Below, piece by piece: positions 1-7,714 of a DNA stretch of 40,108 nt; positions within the stretch are counted from its first letter, which is position 1, and every line of letters starts with the position of its first letter. Under the pieces are notes generated by a model, which saw only the letters and a program-made list of their open reading frames with translations, had not been told where the DNA came from and searched no databases. The DNA is from a virus (Duplodnaviria; Caudoviricetes): IMG/VR virus record IMGVR_UViG_3300033067_001333, positions 1 through 40,108 of that record, one strand, 5' to 3'. The position numbers and the translations under genes are program-made.

Positions 1-35
1 ATAGCGTATCCTGTAAATCTTTTTGAAAAAGAGTT
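1..35 (+). repeat. Left copy of imperfect 35-bp terminal direct repeat
   Basis: ATAGCGTATCCTGTAAATCTTTTTGAAAAAGAGTT matches 40074..40108 at 32/35 positions. Confidence 0.95.
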
Positions 36-253
36 TGAGAGTCCAACGCTTTCTGCTGCTCTTTTCTTTCTTTTACGGCCATTATTGCCTTTGCGCCGTT
101 GACCAATGCGTTGCTAACCGCTTCTCCAAAATTCGCTTTTGCAGTAGATACTTGTCCACCAAAAGCATCAGTGACAGTTGGAGACTGTACAGGAGAAGGG
201 ATCGAAACCGGATTTACGTTTATTGAAGGGTTTAGTGTTGGTATTTTTGGCAT
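1..253 (-). CDS. 5' part of an internal virion (ejection) protein, continuing across the circular junction into 40073..38728 (532 aa total)
   Basis: ATG at 253, just after the stop of 264..905. Reads MPKIPTLNPSINVNPV...QTLFQKDLQDTL with no stop and is in frame with the 38728 ORF once the 35-bp overlap is merged. Not in the ORF track. Confidence 0.88.
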   Translation of the reverse strand, partial: MPKIPTLNPSINVNPVSIPSPVQSPTVTDAFGGQVSTAKANFGEAVSNALVNGAKAIMAVKERKEQQKALDSQTLFQKDLQDTL

Positions 254-263
254 TTATTTATTC

Positions 264-905
264 CTAGTAAAGAGAAAGAATATTCTTGGAATCATAAGGT
301 TTAACCCCGTAACCTGAATAGTAGTTGTGTGCAGTTTGCACTTTAGGAGCAGTAGGGTTATTCATCCTATAGGAAGCGTACGTCCCGGCAACGCTACTAG
401 CGCCATTAACTAGGGATGTCATTGCGTTAATTCCACCAGCTTCTCTTGCGTTTTTTGCAGCGTATCTTAATTGCTTTGCCTGGTCAGCCAATGCACGCGC
501 CTGGTCCGCTGCAGCTACTTTCGCTTGGTATGATTTTGAGTCAGCGTCATACCTGATTGCATCCTGATCCATTGAAATTGATTTCGTTGTATCTCTCTCA
601 ATGTCGCTGGCAGTAACCGAATCTGAAGAAATACCACTGGCCGCATAGGCTGTTCGCTGATCGCCAAAGACTTTAGATGAAGACCTTTTATAATTTAACG
701 CTTCTTTTGCGCCAGCATCTTGAATACTTGTGACCTGTTCTTCTCCGCGTTTTAAAGTTAAAGCAGCGTTTTTGTCTGCCTGACTAGCAAGATAGTTGTA
801 ATATCTTTCTTGTGCTTTCCCCATTTTTTTTTGCTGTTGGTACTGATATGCCGTCCCAGCAAGTTGGAGTCCACCCATTATTGCAAAAGGAGCTGCTGCA
901 CCCAT
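264..905 (-). CDS. Internal virion/ejection protein (T7 gp14-like position)
   Basis: Gly/Ala hydrophobic N-terminus, Ala/Gln coiled coil, QRTAYAASGI motif. Follows the acetyltransferase-like gene. Confidence 0.75.
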   Translation of the reverse strand: MGAAAPFAIMGGLQLAGTAYQYQQQKKMGKAQERYYNYLASQADKNAALTLKRGEEQVTSIQDAGAKEALNYKRSSSKVFGDQRTAYAASGISSDSVTASDIERDTTKSISMDQDAIRYDADSKSYQAKVAAADQARALADQAKQLRYAAKNAREAGGINAMTSLVNGASSVAGTYASYRMNNPTAPKVQTAHNYYSGYGVKPYDSKNILSLY

Positions 906-1399
906 TATTTCCCCCTCTTAAAAATCAGATAATGAAAAGGCAATTTGTCGGCACCAAAAGACTGCGGTCCGTAGACTTCGGCTCCGCACCATCTTAGCCA
1001 CCGAACGCTTTTTTCATAGCGAGCATCAACATAGTTATAAAGCTTCGGGAACATTTCGAGCATCGCCTCAATAAAGAACTTGCATGCTTTCAGAAATGAC
1101 TTAGGAGAACTTGAAACCTTTTCACTCCCAAGAAACCAAATATTTGCTTCTTCGTTATTTTCATTGTCAGGAATGAGTCCGAACATCGCGATAGGCTCAT
1201 CATTTAGTGTTAAAGTATTCCTTACAGTAGAGAATGTGTAAGAAATTAAAAGCGCTTCCTCTGGGCTTTGATGGCCAGCTGCCCATACTTCCGCGATATC
1301 TTCCTTCCTTAAATTATTCCGAAGAAACAAAATGTCCTCTAAAATAGACTCTCTCACACAGAGCGGCCCGTCTTTATAAAGAATCTTCATCTCGCTCAT
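905..1399 (-). CDS. GNAT-fold virion assembly protein (T7 gp13-like)
   Basis: LRxxDxxE, IWFLGS, LYNYVDARYEKSVRWLRWCG motifs. Directly after tail tubular B. Confidence 0.8.
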   Translation of the reverse strand: MSEMKILYKDGPLCVRESILEDILFLRNNLRKEDIAEVWAAGHQSPEEALLISYTFSTVRNTLTLNDEPIAMFGLIPDNENNEEANIWFLGSEKVSSSPKSFLKACKFFIEAMLEMFPKLYNYVDARYEKSVRWLRWCGAEVYGPQSFGADKLPFHYLIFKRGK

Positions 1400-4020
1400 G
1401 ACTCACCGACCGTGATAACTGGGGCCACAGCAAGAATTGTCACAGGCAGTGGATCAGATTGCCTGAAAAATACTCTCCCGTTATTGTCATAGCTTGATGG
1501 GATATCAATTACATAGTCAACATTTTGAAGAGAGATCGATGTTCCTAACGGTTCTGCCGCCCTTTGAACTAACTCGTAAAGCTTAGATGAGTCTGTCCCA
1601 ACGAATCCCCCTCTAGAATTAATGAACCGGATCATCACCTTCGCTGCGCGGACTTTCCTGCCCTGCATAGTCCCATTCTGCAAAGGCATTTCTGGGTTTA
1701 ATGTTTCCAGGTCGCACGTATAGCCTAACCCAACATGAACAATAGACGCCGCTGAATCCAGCGTTACGCTTCCGCCAGAAACGGTTTTATCTGCATGGAC
1801 ATTCCCATCTGCTAATATTTTCACGGAGTATCCGTTCAGATGTGATAATCCACTTACTGTTGTTACCGCAGCACGCACTTCTCCACCGGACGAATAGGCC
1901 GTATAGGCAGTTCCGTCCACATTTACTCCCGTATCATTGTCTTTAATCTCAAATGTATTTGCTGTTTTATTGGCAACAATGTATCTGAGATCATTCAATT
2001 GCGTCATCCCGCTTACATTTCTGATATCGACTACGTCTCCATTATTAAACCCATGTGCGGTGCTTGTGATGACAACGGGATTCGCTGCTGTTGCTCCAGT
2101 TATAGTCTTTGGGTTGTCTAAAGATACTCCACAATCAACAAAAAACTGATCCCGCGCATCGGTTGTTGGCATCCTTTGGACCATTTTCTCGATAAACCTA
2201 TTGTTCCCTCTTTGGGTCAATAGCCACACCTCATTGTATCCATTGGTCGGAATTGTTGTGACAGAAAGAAAAGTGCCGTTTGTGTCGTGACGCGTCCATG
2301 CGATAACGTTTTGCTCTAATAAGTAAGTCATGGAAAGTAGTGTCCCGTCACTTCTAACAGCCCACACTAACGAGTCCGGCTCTTGCTGATACGCAAGTTC
2401 GGTGATCGAATAATTTGAAAACAAGTGATTTGAAAGTATCGATATGTTTGTGCTGTTGAATCCTGAAACGGAAAAGTCGCTTCCCATGTCTCTCACGACT
2501 GATCCCATTGGCTGAACAAATATAATCCTATTCCCTGCAACGACCGGTTCTGCGTCATTACACCCGTGATAATCTTGTAACTTAGAGCTTACTGAAGTCG
2601 GCGCTATTCCCCCATCGTCCGCCGCACCCAGGCTCCACTCGGAAGCGGAAGTCATGGCAAGTATTTGCTGAAGTGGGATCATGGTCTTTATTGAATTTAT
2701 TTTTCTTGCTGGAAGGTTTACGGAAATTCCATCTGAACTGACCACAGGATCGCTTACTTTAAATGAATTGTAATTTCCTGTTTCTGATAACCAAATTGTC
2801 TGCGGCTCATTTGGTGTCCCAGCGAAAGCCAATCGATCTTGATAGAAAGCAGAACATGCTGGGAAACCCCTGTAGACAGACCAAGACCCTTCTGCCCAAT
2901 CAGACGTTGCAGATGTGCTGCCAAATGTATCAACGACGGAAGCGTTCACAACTGTTGAGCTTGTATAGCTTGAAATAGATGCAATACCAACGCGCTCAAA
3001 TGGATCTGATGTTAAAAGAACGTTGATGGTCCCGCTGGTATACGCCGTGCAATTCAAACGGATTAAAGAAAACTCTGTGATCGTCCCGAATGTGTTGGCA
3101 TTAAAATCATTTGCTCCGTCAAACGCCCTCAATTCGGTCCACGTACCGCCATTATTTATGGACTGCTCAATCTTGAATGAACCTGTCCATGTTCCATGCG
3201 TTACGATACGCCATGTCGTTCCACAAGAAATACTCGTGGATGTCCCAGTGGCAGTGAATGCTTTGCTAACTGACTGGCCCGCCACCTGGTGAATCAACTT
3301 CCATAAAGCTCCAACGTGTAAAGAATTAAATGTTGCCGTACTAGCTGTTAACGTAATAGCTCCGGTTGTTGCTGACGGGGTTATCGTTGTCGCAGACGTA
3401 TTGGAAAGCATGAATGGTCCACCGCTGTATGAGAAAACAGAAAGAACCCAGCTGTCGTTTGCCGTTCGTTGCAATGTCCGTGGCGCATATGATGTATGAG
3501 TAATATAAAGAGTGTCGGCAGATTGATTAAATTTAAGTTTTGCTAGATCTGCTTCGAGATAAGGTGTGGGTATTTCGTAAATCGTCTGAGCCACCCAGTA
3601 CGCGGGGTTTAAATCCGGTTGTTTATTTGTTCCGGCCTGTATCGAGTAATACATGACACTCGAATAAGTGACATAGTCACCCACGTTGTATGCTGTAACG
3701 GAAGACCATGCAGAAGCTGACGATTTCGCGATCTGTCCGCCCTGTGTATAAAATCTGCAGTACTGGTCACCGAATTCAATGACATATGCCTGTGTCACAG
3801 AAAATTCAAACGATATAAGTCGCGCCTTCTTTGTTGGATACTTAGCTGTTGCGACATATTTCGTCCCCGGCCTATTACTGGCTCCGCCATGTGGATGCAC
3901 AAAGAAATTACGAAGTGTCTTTGCTCCAGATTTATATTTTTCAATATCGACGCGAGCATAAAGAGACGGAGCTATTTCTCCAGCTGAAAAAGATGCTTGT
4001 AAAGAATGAATTGGGGACAT
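1396..4020 (-). CDS. Tail tubular protein B / nozzle (T7 gp12-like)
   Basis: 874 aa. SFSAGEIAPSLYARVD...GGASNRPGT N-terminus, FYQDRLAFAG, AWTRHDTNG, C-terminal QSDPLPVTILA. Confidence 0.9.
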   Translation of the reverse strand: MSPIHSLQASFSAGEIAPSLYARVDIEKYKSGAKTLRNFFVHPHGGASNRPGTKYVATAKYPTKKARLISFEFSVTQAYVIEFGDQYCRFYTQGGQIAKSSASAWSSVTAYNVGDYVTYSSVMYYSIQAGTNKQPDLNPAYWVAQTIYEIPTPYLEADLAKLKFNQSADTLYITHTSYAPRTLQRTANDSWVLSVFSYSGGPFMLSNTSATTITPSATTGAITLTASTATFNSLHVGALWKLIHQVAGQSVSKAFTATGTSTSISCGTTWRIVTHGTWTGSFKIEQSINNGGTWTELRAFDGANDFNANTFGTITEFSLIRLNCTAYTSGTINVLLTSDPFERVGIASISSYTSSTVVNASVVDTFGSTSATSDWAEGSWSVYRGFPACSAFYQDRLAFAGTPNEPQTIWLSETGNYNSFKVSDPVVSSDGISVNLPARKINSIKTMIPLQQILAMTSASEWSLGAADDGGIAPTSVSSKLQDYHGCNDAEPVVAGNRIIFVQPMGSVVRDMGSDFSVSGFNSTNISILSNHLFSNYSITELAYQQEPDSLVWAVRSDGTLLSMTYLLEQNVIAWTRHDTNGTFLSVTTIPTNGYNEVWLLTQRGNNRFIEKMVQRMPTTDARDQFFVDCGVSLDNPKTITGATAANPVVITSTAHGFNNGDVVDIRNVSGMTQLNDLRYIVANKTANTFEIKDNDTGVNVDGTAYTAYSSGGEVRAAVTTVSGLSHLNGYSVKILADGNVHADKTVSGGSVTLDSAASIVHVGLGYTCDLETLNPEMPLQNGTMQGRKVRAAKVMIRFINSRGGFVGTDSSKLYELVQRAAEPLGTSISLQNVDYVIDIPSSYDNNGRVFFRQSDPLPVTILAVAPVITVGES

Positions 4021-4619
4021 TAGCTGCGCGCATCCTCAAAAGAAGATGTTCTAGCAACATCCACTTTCTCTTCATTTGAATTACTTCTCTTCGCTTCACT
4101 GATACAGTCCTCATACTTCTTTTCAAGCCTTGGAGCTAAATCAAGATTTCCAGTAAGAGTAAATGCGATCTCCGCAGCCAACTTGAGTGAGAACGCTTCA
4201 ACGAAATCGGAATCATATAGGGTCGAATCGTCTATTTGATATGTGTATTGGATGTAAAGTGGTGAATAATCAGACGCTATGCATTTGACATTGGTTGTTG
4301 GTGATAAAAAAACTTTATATTCAACATTTTCTGGCTCTGTCGCGCCTGTATCAACAAATATTTTTGAAATCGAAAGTGATTTAGATGGATAGCTATATAG
4401 ATAGTCCCATCCCGTAACGGTCTCATCGCTAATCTGGTTGAGTGACTGTATTTTCTGTGCAAATCCCCACGGATATTCACGCAGTACGTAATCACGTACG
4501 GTGTCGTATATGTAACTAATCCTAACAGCAGAATTCGTATTCTCGGTCAAAGATGCGATTGGAGTAGCGCCAATATAATTCAATGCTTTGTTACAAATAT
4601 CTACTTTTGAAAATGCCAT
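4020..4619 (-). CDS. Tail tubular protein A / adaptor (T7 gp11-like)
   Basis: SKVDICNKALNYIG...YPWGFA...FVEAFSLKLAAEIA. Immediately upstream of tube B. Confidence 0.88.
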   Translation of the reverse strand: MAFSKVDICNKALNYIGATPIASLTENTNSAVRISYIYDTVRDYVLREYPWGFAQKIQSLNQISDETVTGWDYLYSYPSKSLSISKIFVDTGATEPENVEYKVFLSPTTNVKCIASDYSPLYIQYTYQIDDSTLYDSDFVEAFSLKLAAEIAFTLTGNLDLAPRLEKKYEDCISEAKRSNSNEEKVDVARTSSFEDARS

Positions 4620-4636
4620 TTGAACCCCTATATAGA

Positions 4637-4671
4637 GCAGGGCGGGGGAGAGTTACTTCCCCCAACCCTGC
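4637..4671 (-). terminator. GC-rich stem-loop after the capsid genes (partial terminator or mRNA stabiliser)
   Basis: GCAGGGTTGGGGGAAG-TAA-CTCTCCCCCGCCCTGC hairpin on the minus strand with a weak U tail. Confidence 0.55.
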
Positions 4672-4681
4672 GTTAGCACAT

Positions 4682-4849
4682 CTATTTATCTGTTTTTTCA
4701 ACCTTTTCTTTCTTTACTTTCTCCATCCATTTAGCTGAGAAATGTTTCTCAGTTGAGATGTAGAACTCTTGTCCTGGATTTCGGATAAGTCCATCTCCAG
4801 GGTAAAGACCAGTTGCAGTTGCACGTACAAGTATTTTTTCTTCTGCCAT
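4682..4849 (-). CDS. Small hypothetical protein (55 aa) between the cement and adaptor genes
   Basis: MAEEKILVRATATGLYPGDGLIRNPGQEFYISTEKHFSAKWMEKV... with GGAGA SD. Below the ORF-track cutoff. Confidence 0.8.
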   Translation of the reverse strand: MAEEKILVRATATGLYPGDGLIRNPGQEFYISTEKHFSAKWMEKVKKEKVEKTDK

Positions 4850-4863
4850 ATTTCCTCCGATAA

Positions 4864-5340
4864 TTACGAGTCAAGTCCAAACGAAGACGCGTATTTCGTG
4901 TTTCCTTGAATGTTTTTCAGTAGAGAAACATGGAACTTTCCTGCTGTTAATGCAGCAGTTCCGATGTTCGCATTGCATCCGATGTAACGTTTGTAGGTAG
5001 CGGATGGAACGCGCACGCGGAAGTTATAACCAGCAATAAGTGAAGCTTTGGCGATAGCGCCAGAAGACACGAGGTCAACTGGTGAGGTCGTCAAGTTCGT
5101 TGCTGAGTCCGTACGCAAGCGGAAATCAACTGTTGCTGCACCAGCGGAAGTAACCGCCGTTGTCACCAACACATTGAACCAGACTTCTTCGCCTTGGCCG
5201 AAATCACGTCCGGTGTTTGTTCCTGTAGTTCCGACTCCTCCAAGAGGAGACGTGTCGTGAATGTTTGTTGAGATGTTATCTCCTGTTGCTGTAGGGGCCC
5301 ATGTCCCATCAGCAAACAGCAATTCGTTGTCGATAATCAT
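4864..5340 (-). CDS. Capsid cement/decoration protein (Bbp16-like)
   Basis: MIIDNELLF start, GRDFGQGE, KRYI motifs. Directly after the major capsid gene, AGGAG SD. Confidence 0.85.
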   Translation of the reverse strand: MIIDNELLFADGTWAPTATGDNISTNIHDTSPLGGVGTTGTNTGRDFGQGEEVWFNVLVTTAVTSAGAATVDFRLRTDSATNLTTSPVDLVSSGAIAKASLIAGYNFRVRVPSATYKRYIGCNANIGTAALTAGKFHVSLLKNIQGNTKYASSFGLDS

Positions 5341-5362
5341 TTTGTTCTCCTTTTGGTAATAA

Positions 5363-6388
5363 TTAGCTGATCGTCGATTCTGTGTTCAGAATCTGATCAA
5401 CGCGGCGGATTGGAATACCCATGAAACTTAAACCTCCGGAGATAGGATCTCCGAATTGTCTCAAGGCTGGTTCCACTGCCAAAGCAGTGCTTGACTTTGC
5501 TAACGCTTGAACGCGAAGCAATGAGAACACTGTTCTGTTCATGTAGAACACGGGTTTAATTCCGCTGAAGTATGGAATACGGTCAATGGCGCGGCTCATC
5601 AAGTTCAATAGCTGTTGAGCATTTTGAGTACCAGTTGAACCAACCAAGTCTGAAACGTCGATATTGCAGATACGCGTAACATAACGCCAGTCTTTCAATG
5701 CGATACCACATTTCCATTGCCATCGATCTCTGTAGGCGCGCATTAATGATCCTGCAACACCGGTAGAAACCGTTACGGTCTCTATCCCGAGATCTTCATG
5801 AACCAATCCACCCTTAGAACCTTTAGGGTAAATACCAGTCAATGATTCTGAACCCCAACCAGCCAACCAAACAGACGTATTGTCTGAACCTGATCCACCA
5901 GCCGAGATGACGTTAACACCATTGGTTGCACCAGAGATTTGGTTAAACCGTGGCGCTAATCCAAGGAACCGTTCTGGGTTAACCGAAGTATCACCATAGA
6001 ACAGCGTTTGAATCATTGTTTGATTAATACCTTCAATGAATGCTTTTGCTTCTGACATACGCACGCCTTGGACATCTCCAGCAAGCTGCGCTACGTCCAC
6101 ATCTACTTGACTGTATGCTTCTAGTATTCCGCATTGCTCGTCTAATTGAGCGGTTGTGGATTTACTTGGAGCAACGCCTCCGTTAAGTAGTCTCCATGCT
6201 GGAACAGGCAACCCAGTTCTAACCGTTGTGCGATGTCCAACTGGCAAGTTCCCTTCAATCCATAACATGTCGGCAAGTACGTCGTTTGACTGATTTAGAA
6301 GCTCAATTACATCCGCGATTTTATCGTCTGGATCTAAACGCTTCGCAATATCAGCTAAGTTAAGAGCGATTCCTCCTAATGTAGCCAT
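5363..6388 (-). CDS. Major capsid protein (HK97 fold, Bbp17/epsilon15 gp7-like)
   Basis: EGNLPVGHRTTVRTGLP, FLGLAPRF, DWRYVTRICNID, FMGIPIRRVDQILNTE. Confidence 0.93.
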   Translation of the reverse strand: MATLGGIALNLADIAKRLDPDDKIADVIELLNQSNDVLADMLWIEGNLPVGHRTTVRTGLPVPAWRLLNGGVAPSKSTTAQLDEQCGILEAYSQVDVDVAQLAGDVQGVRMSEAKAFIEGINQTMIQTLFYGDTSVNPERFLGLAPRFNQISGATNGVNVISAGGSGSDNTSVWLAGWGSESLTGIYPKGSKGGLVHEDLGIETVTVSTGVAGSLMRAYRDRWQWKCGIALKDWRYVTRICNIDVSDLVGSTGTQNAQQLLNLMSRAIDRIPYFSGIKPVFYMNRTVFSLLRVQALAKSSTALAVEPALRQFGDPISGGLSFMGIPIRRVDQILNTESTIS

Positions 6389-6390
6389 AA

Positions 6391-6419
6391 GTTTTCTCCT
6401 TTAATTACCAGGAGGCTTA
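6391..6419 (-). promoter_or_regulatory. Anti-SD/SD hairpin in the capsid gene leader
   Basis: Minus strand TAAGCCTCCT-GGTAATTAA-AGGAG-AAAACTT-ATG. CTCCT can pair with the AGGAG SD. The same 10-mer occurs at 32221..32230. Confidence 0.6.
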
Positions 6420-6477
6420 TTGGCCGGAGTTATCTATTTAAAATGCGTCCGTCCGCGTACGTGGTTTGTTTTAATTT

Positions 6478-6585
6478 CTATAAAGAAATTGATTTAAGCC
6501 ATTCTTCCCAAGCGCTAATAATACCCTTCAATAATCGGATGACTTGACTATGAAGCTTTATCGTTGCTGGACTCAATTGACTCAT
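6478..6585 (-). CDS. 35-aa amphipathic helical peptide
   Basis: MSQLSPATIKLHSQVIRLLKGIISAWEEWLKSISL with AAGGA SD right after the scaffold stop. Below the ORF-track cutoff. Confidence 0.75.
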   Translation of the reverse strand: MSQLSPATIKLHSQVIRLLKGIISAWEEWLKSISL

Positions 6586-6596
6586 TTTTTATTTCC

Positions 6597-7265
6597 TTAT
6601 TGTTTTGCAGATGACGGGAACAGGCGATTAAGCCGTGCCGCATCTGTGTTCACATCTGACGAACTACTTTTGCCGTCTTTAAAGCGATCCTCTGCTATTG
6701 CTTTACCAGCCTTAACAAACATGCTTACAATCGCAGGATGATTGCCAAGACCACTCTGGTTCAGAACTTCTAAAACAGAATCGTCTGCAAACTGATCCCT
6801 GAATTTGGCGGCAAAACTTAGTTCTACGGAAGAATTCGGACCGAGGGCTTTTAAGGTCTCGTTTTTCCACGAATCCTGCATAGATTTAAATTCTGCCTCT
6901 GCCTTCTGATTCACTTTAAACTGAAAATCAACCAATTTCTGCGCTGCTTCCTGGGGCAGGTTCAATTCTTTTGCTACGGATTTAAATTCATCCATAACGC
7001 CTTTATCGACGGCTGCTGGGTCAGGAACTGAGAAGTCGGTGTATTGTTCAGGTGCACCAATGATTGCGTTACTGTTAGGCTGCTTTAATGCGTCCGTATT
7101 ACCAGCTGAATCATTGCCAGTATTAGGATTAGCACTGTTTTCTTTCTGGATCCCGCTCGGCGCGTTAGCAGCCGAGACAGGAGATAAAATTGTCGCTTCG
7201 CCATTTGCTGCCTGCCCGCTAACAGGAGCTGACTGCGACACGCCAGGTGCTGGTTGGTTATTCAT
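6597..7265 (-). CDS. Capsid scaffolding protein
   Basis: Low-complexity N-terminus, GAPEQY, AKELNLPQEAAQKLVD, GLGNHP...GKAIAED. Upstream of the capsid gene. Confidence 0.82.
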   Translation of the reverse strand: MNNQPAPGVSQSAPVSGQAANGEATILSPVSAANAPSGIQKENSANPNTGNDSAGNTDALKQPNSNAIIGAPEQYTDFSVPDPAAVDKGVMDEFKSVAKELNLPQEAAQKLVDFQFKVNQKAEAEFKSMQDSWKNETLKALGPNSSVELSFAAKFRDQFADDSVLEVLNQSGLGNHPAIVSMFVKAGKAIAEDRFKDGKSSSSDVNTDAARLNRLFPSSAKQ

Positions 7266-7611
7266 TTGAATCTCCCTCTATTATTGATTTAAGCTCTGCA
7301 TCTAAATTGTCTTTCAATGCTTTTGTTTCTTTACACATCTGCAAGTACTTCTCTTGGTGATCGTTCATCAATTCTTCCAGCAGAAATAACGCCATATCTC
7401 GTTTACCTTCATTCTTTGCCATCTGAATTGGGTTTAAATCAAAACAGCTATGAAAAGCTCGTCCCTCTTGAAGGATCCGCATAACAAATCGTCGTCCCTC
7501 TGGTTTTGACATGACTTCCCTAAAATCGTTTACCTCGCGCTTCCTAACTCGCTCGTTAAAAGACTTCCTTTGATTGTTAATTGTGGCAGCGATGTTGAGG
7601 AAATCGTCCAA
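7258..7611 (-). CDS. Bbp19-like conserved head-module protein
   Basis: VMSKPEGRRFVMRIL...NEGKR motif, between portal and scaffold. TTG start. Confidence 0.8.
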   Translation of the reverse strand: MDDFLNIAATINNQRKSFNERVRKREVNDFREVMSKPEGRRFVMRILQEGRAFHSCFDLNPIQMAKNEGKRDMALFLLEELMNDHQEKYLQMCKETKALKDNLDAELKSIIEGDSNE

Positions 7612-7612
7612 A

Positions 7613-7714
7613 CTAAAACCACCTAAAAATCAAAAATGAAAATGCTGTCCCTATGACAACGCCTACAACAAACCCTAATTGAATTCCGAGGATTAAATTA
7701 GAATCTATAATCAT
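7613..7714 (-). CDS. 33-aa single-pass membrane peptide
   Basis: MIIDSNLILGIQLGFVVGVVIGTAFSFLIFRWF. ATGA overlap with the portal stop, and it fills the gap to the next gene. Confidence 0.6.
   Translation of the reverse strand: MIIDSNLILGIQLGFVVGVVIGTAFSFLIFRWF

Noticed and set aside
23-317. Plus-strand ORFs 23..226 and 99..317
   Set aside because: Antisense shadows of the real minus-strand gene starting at 253.
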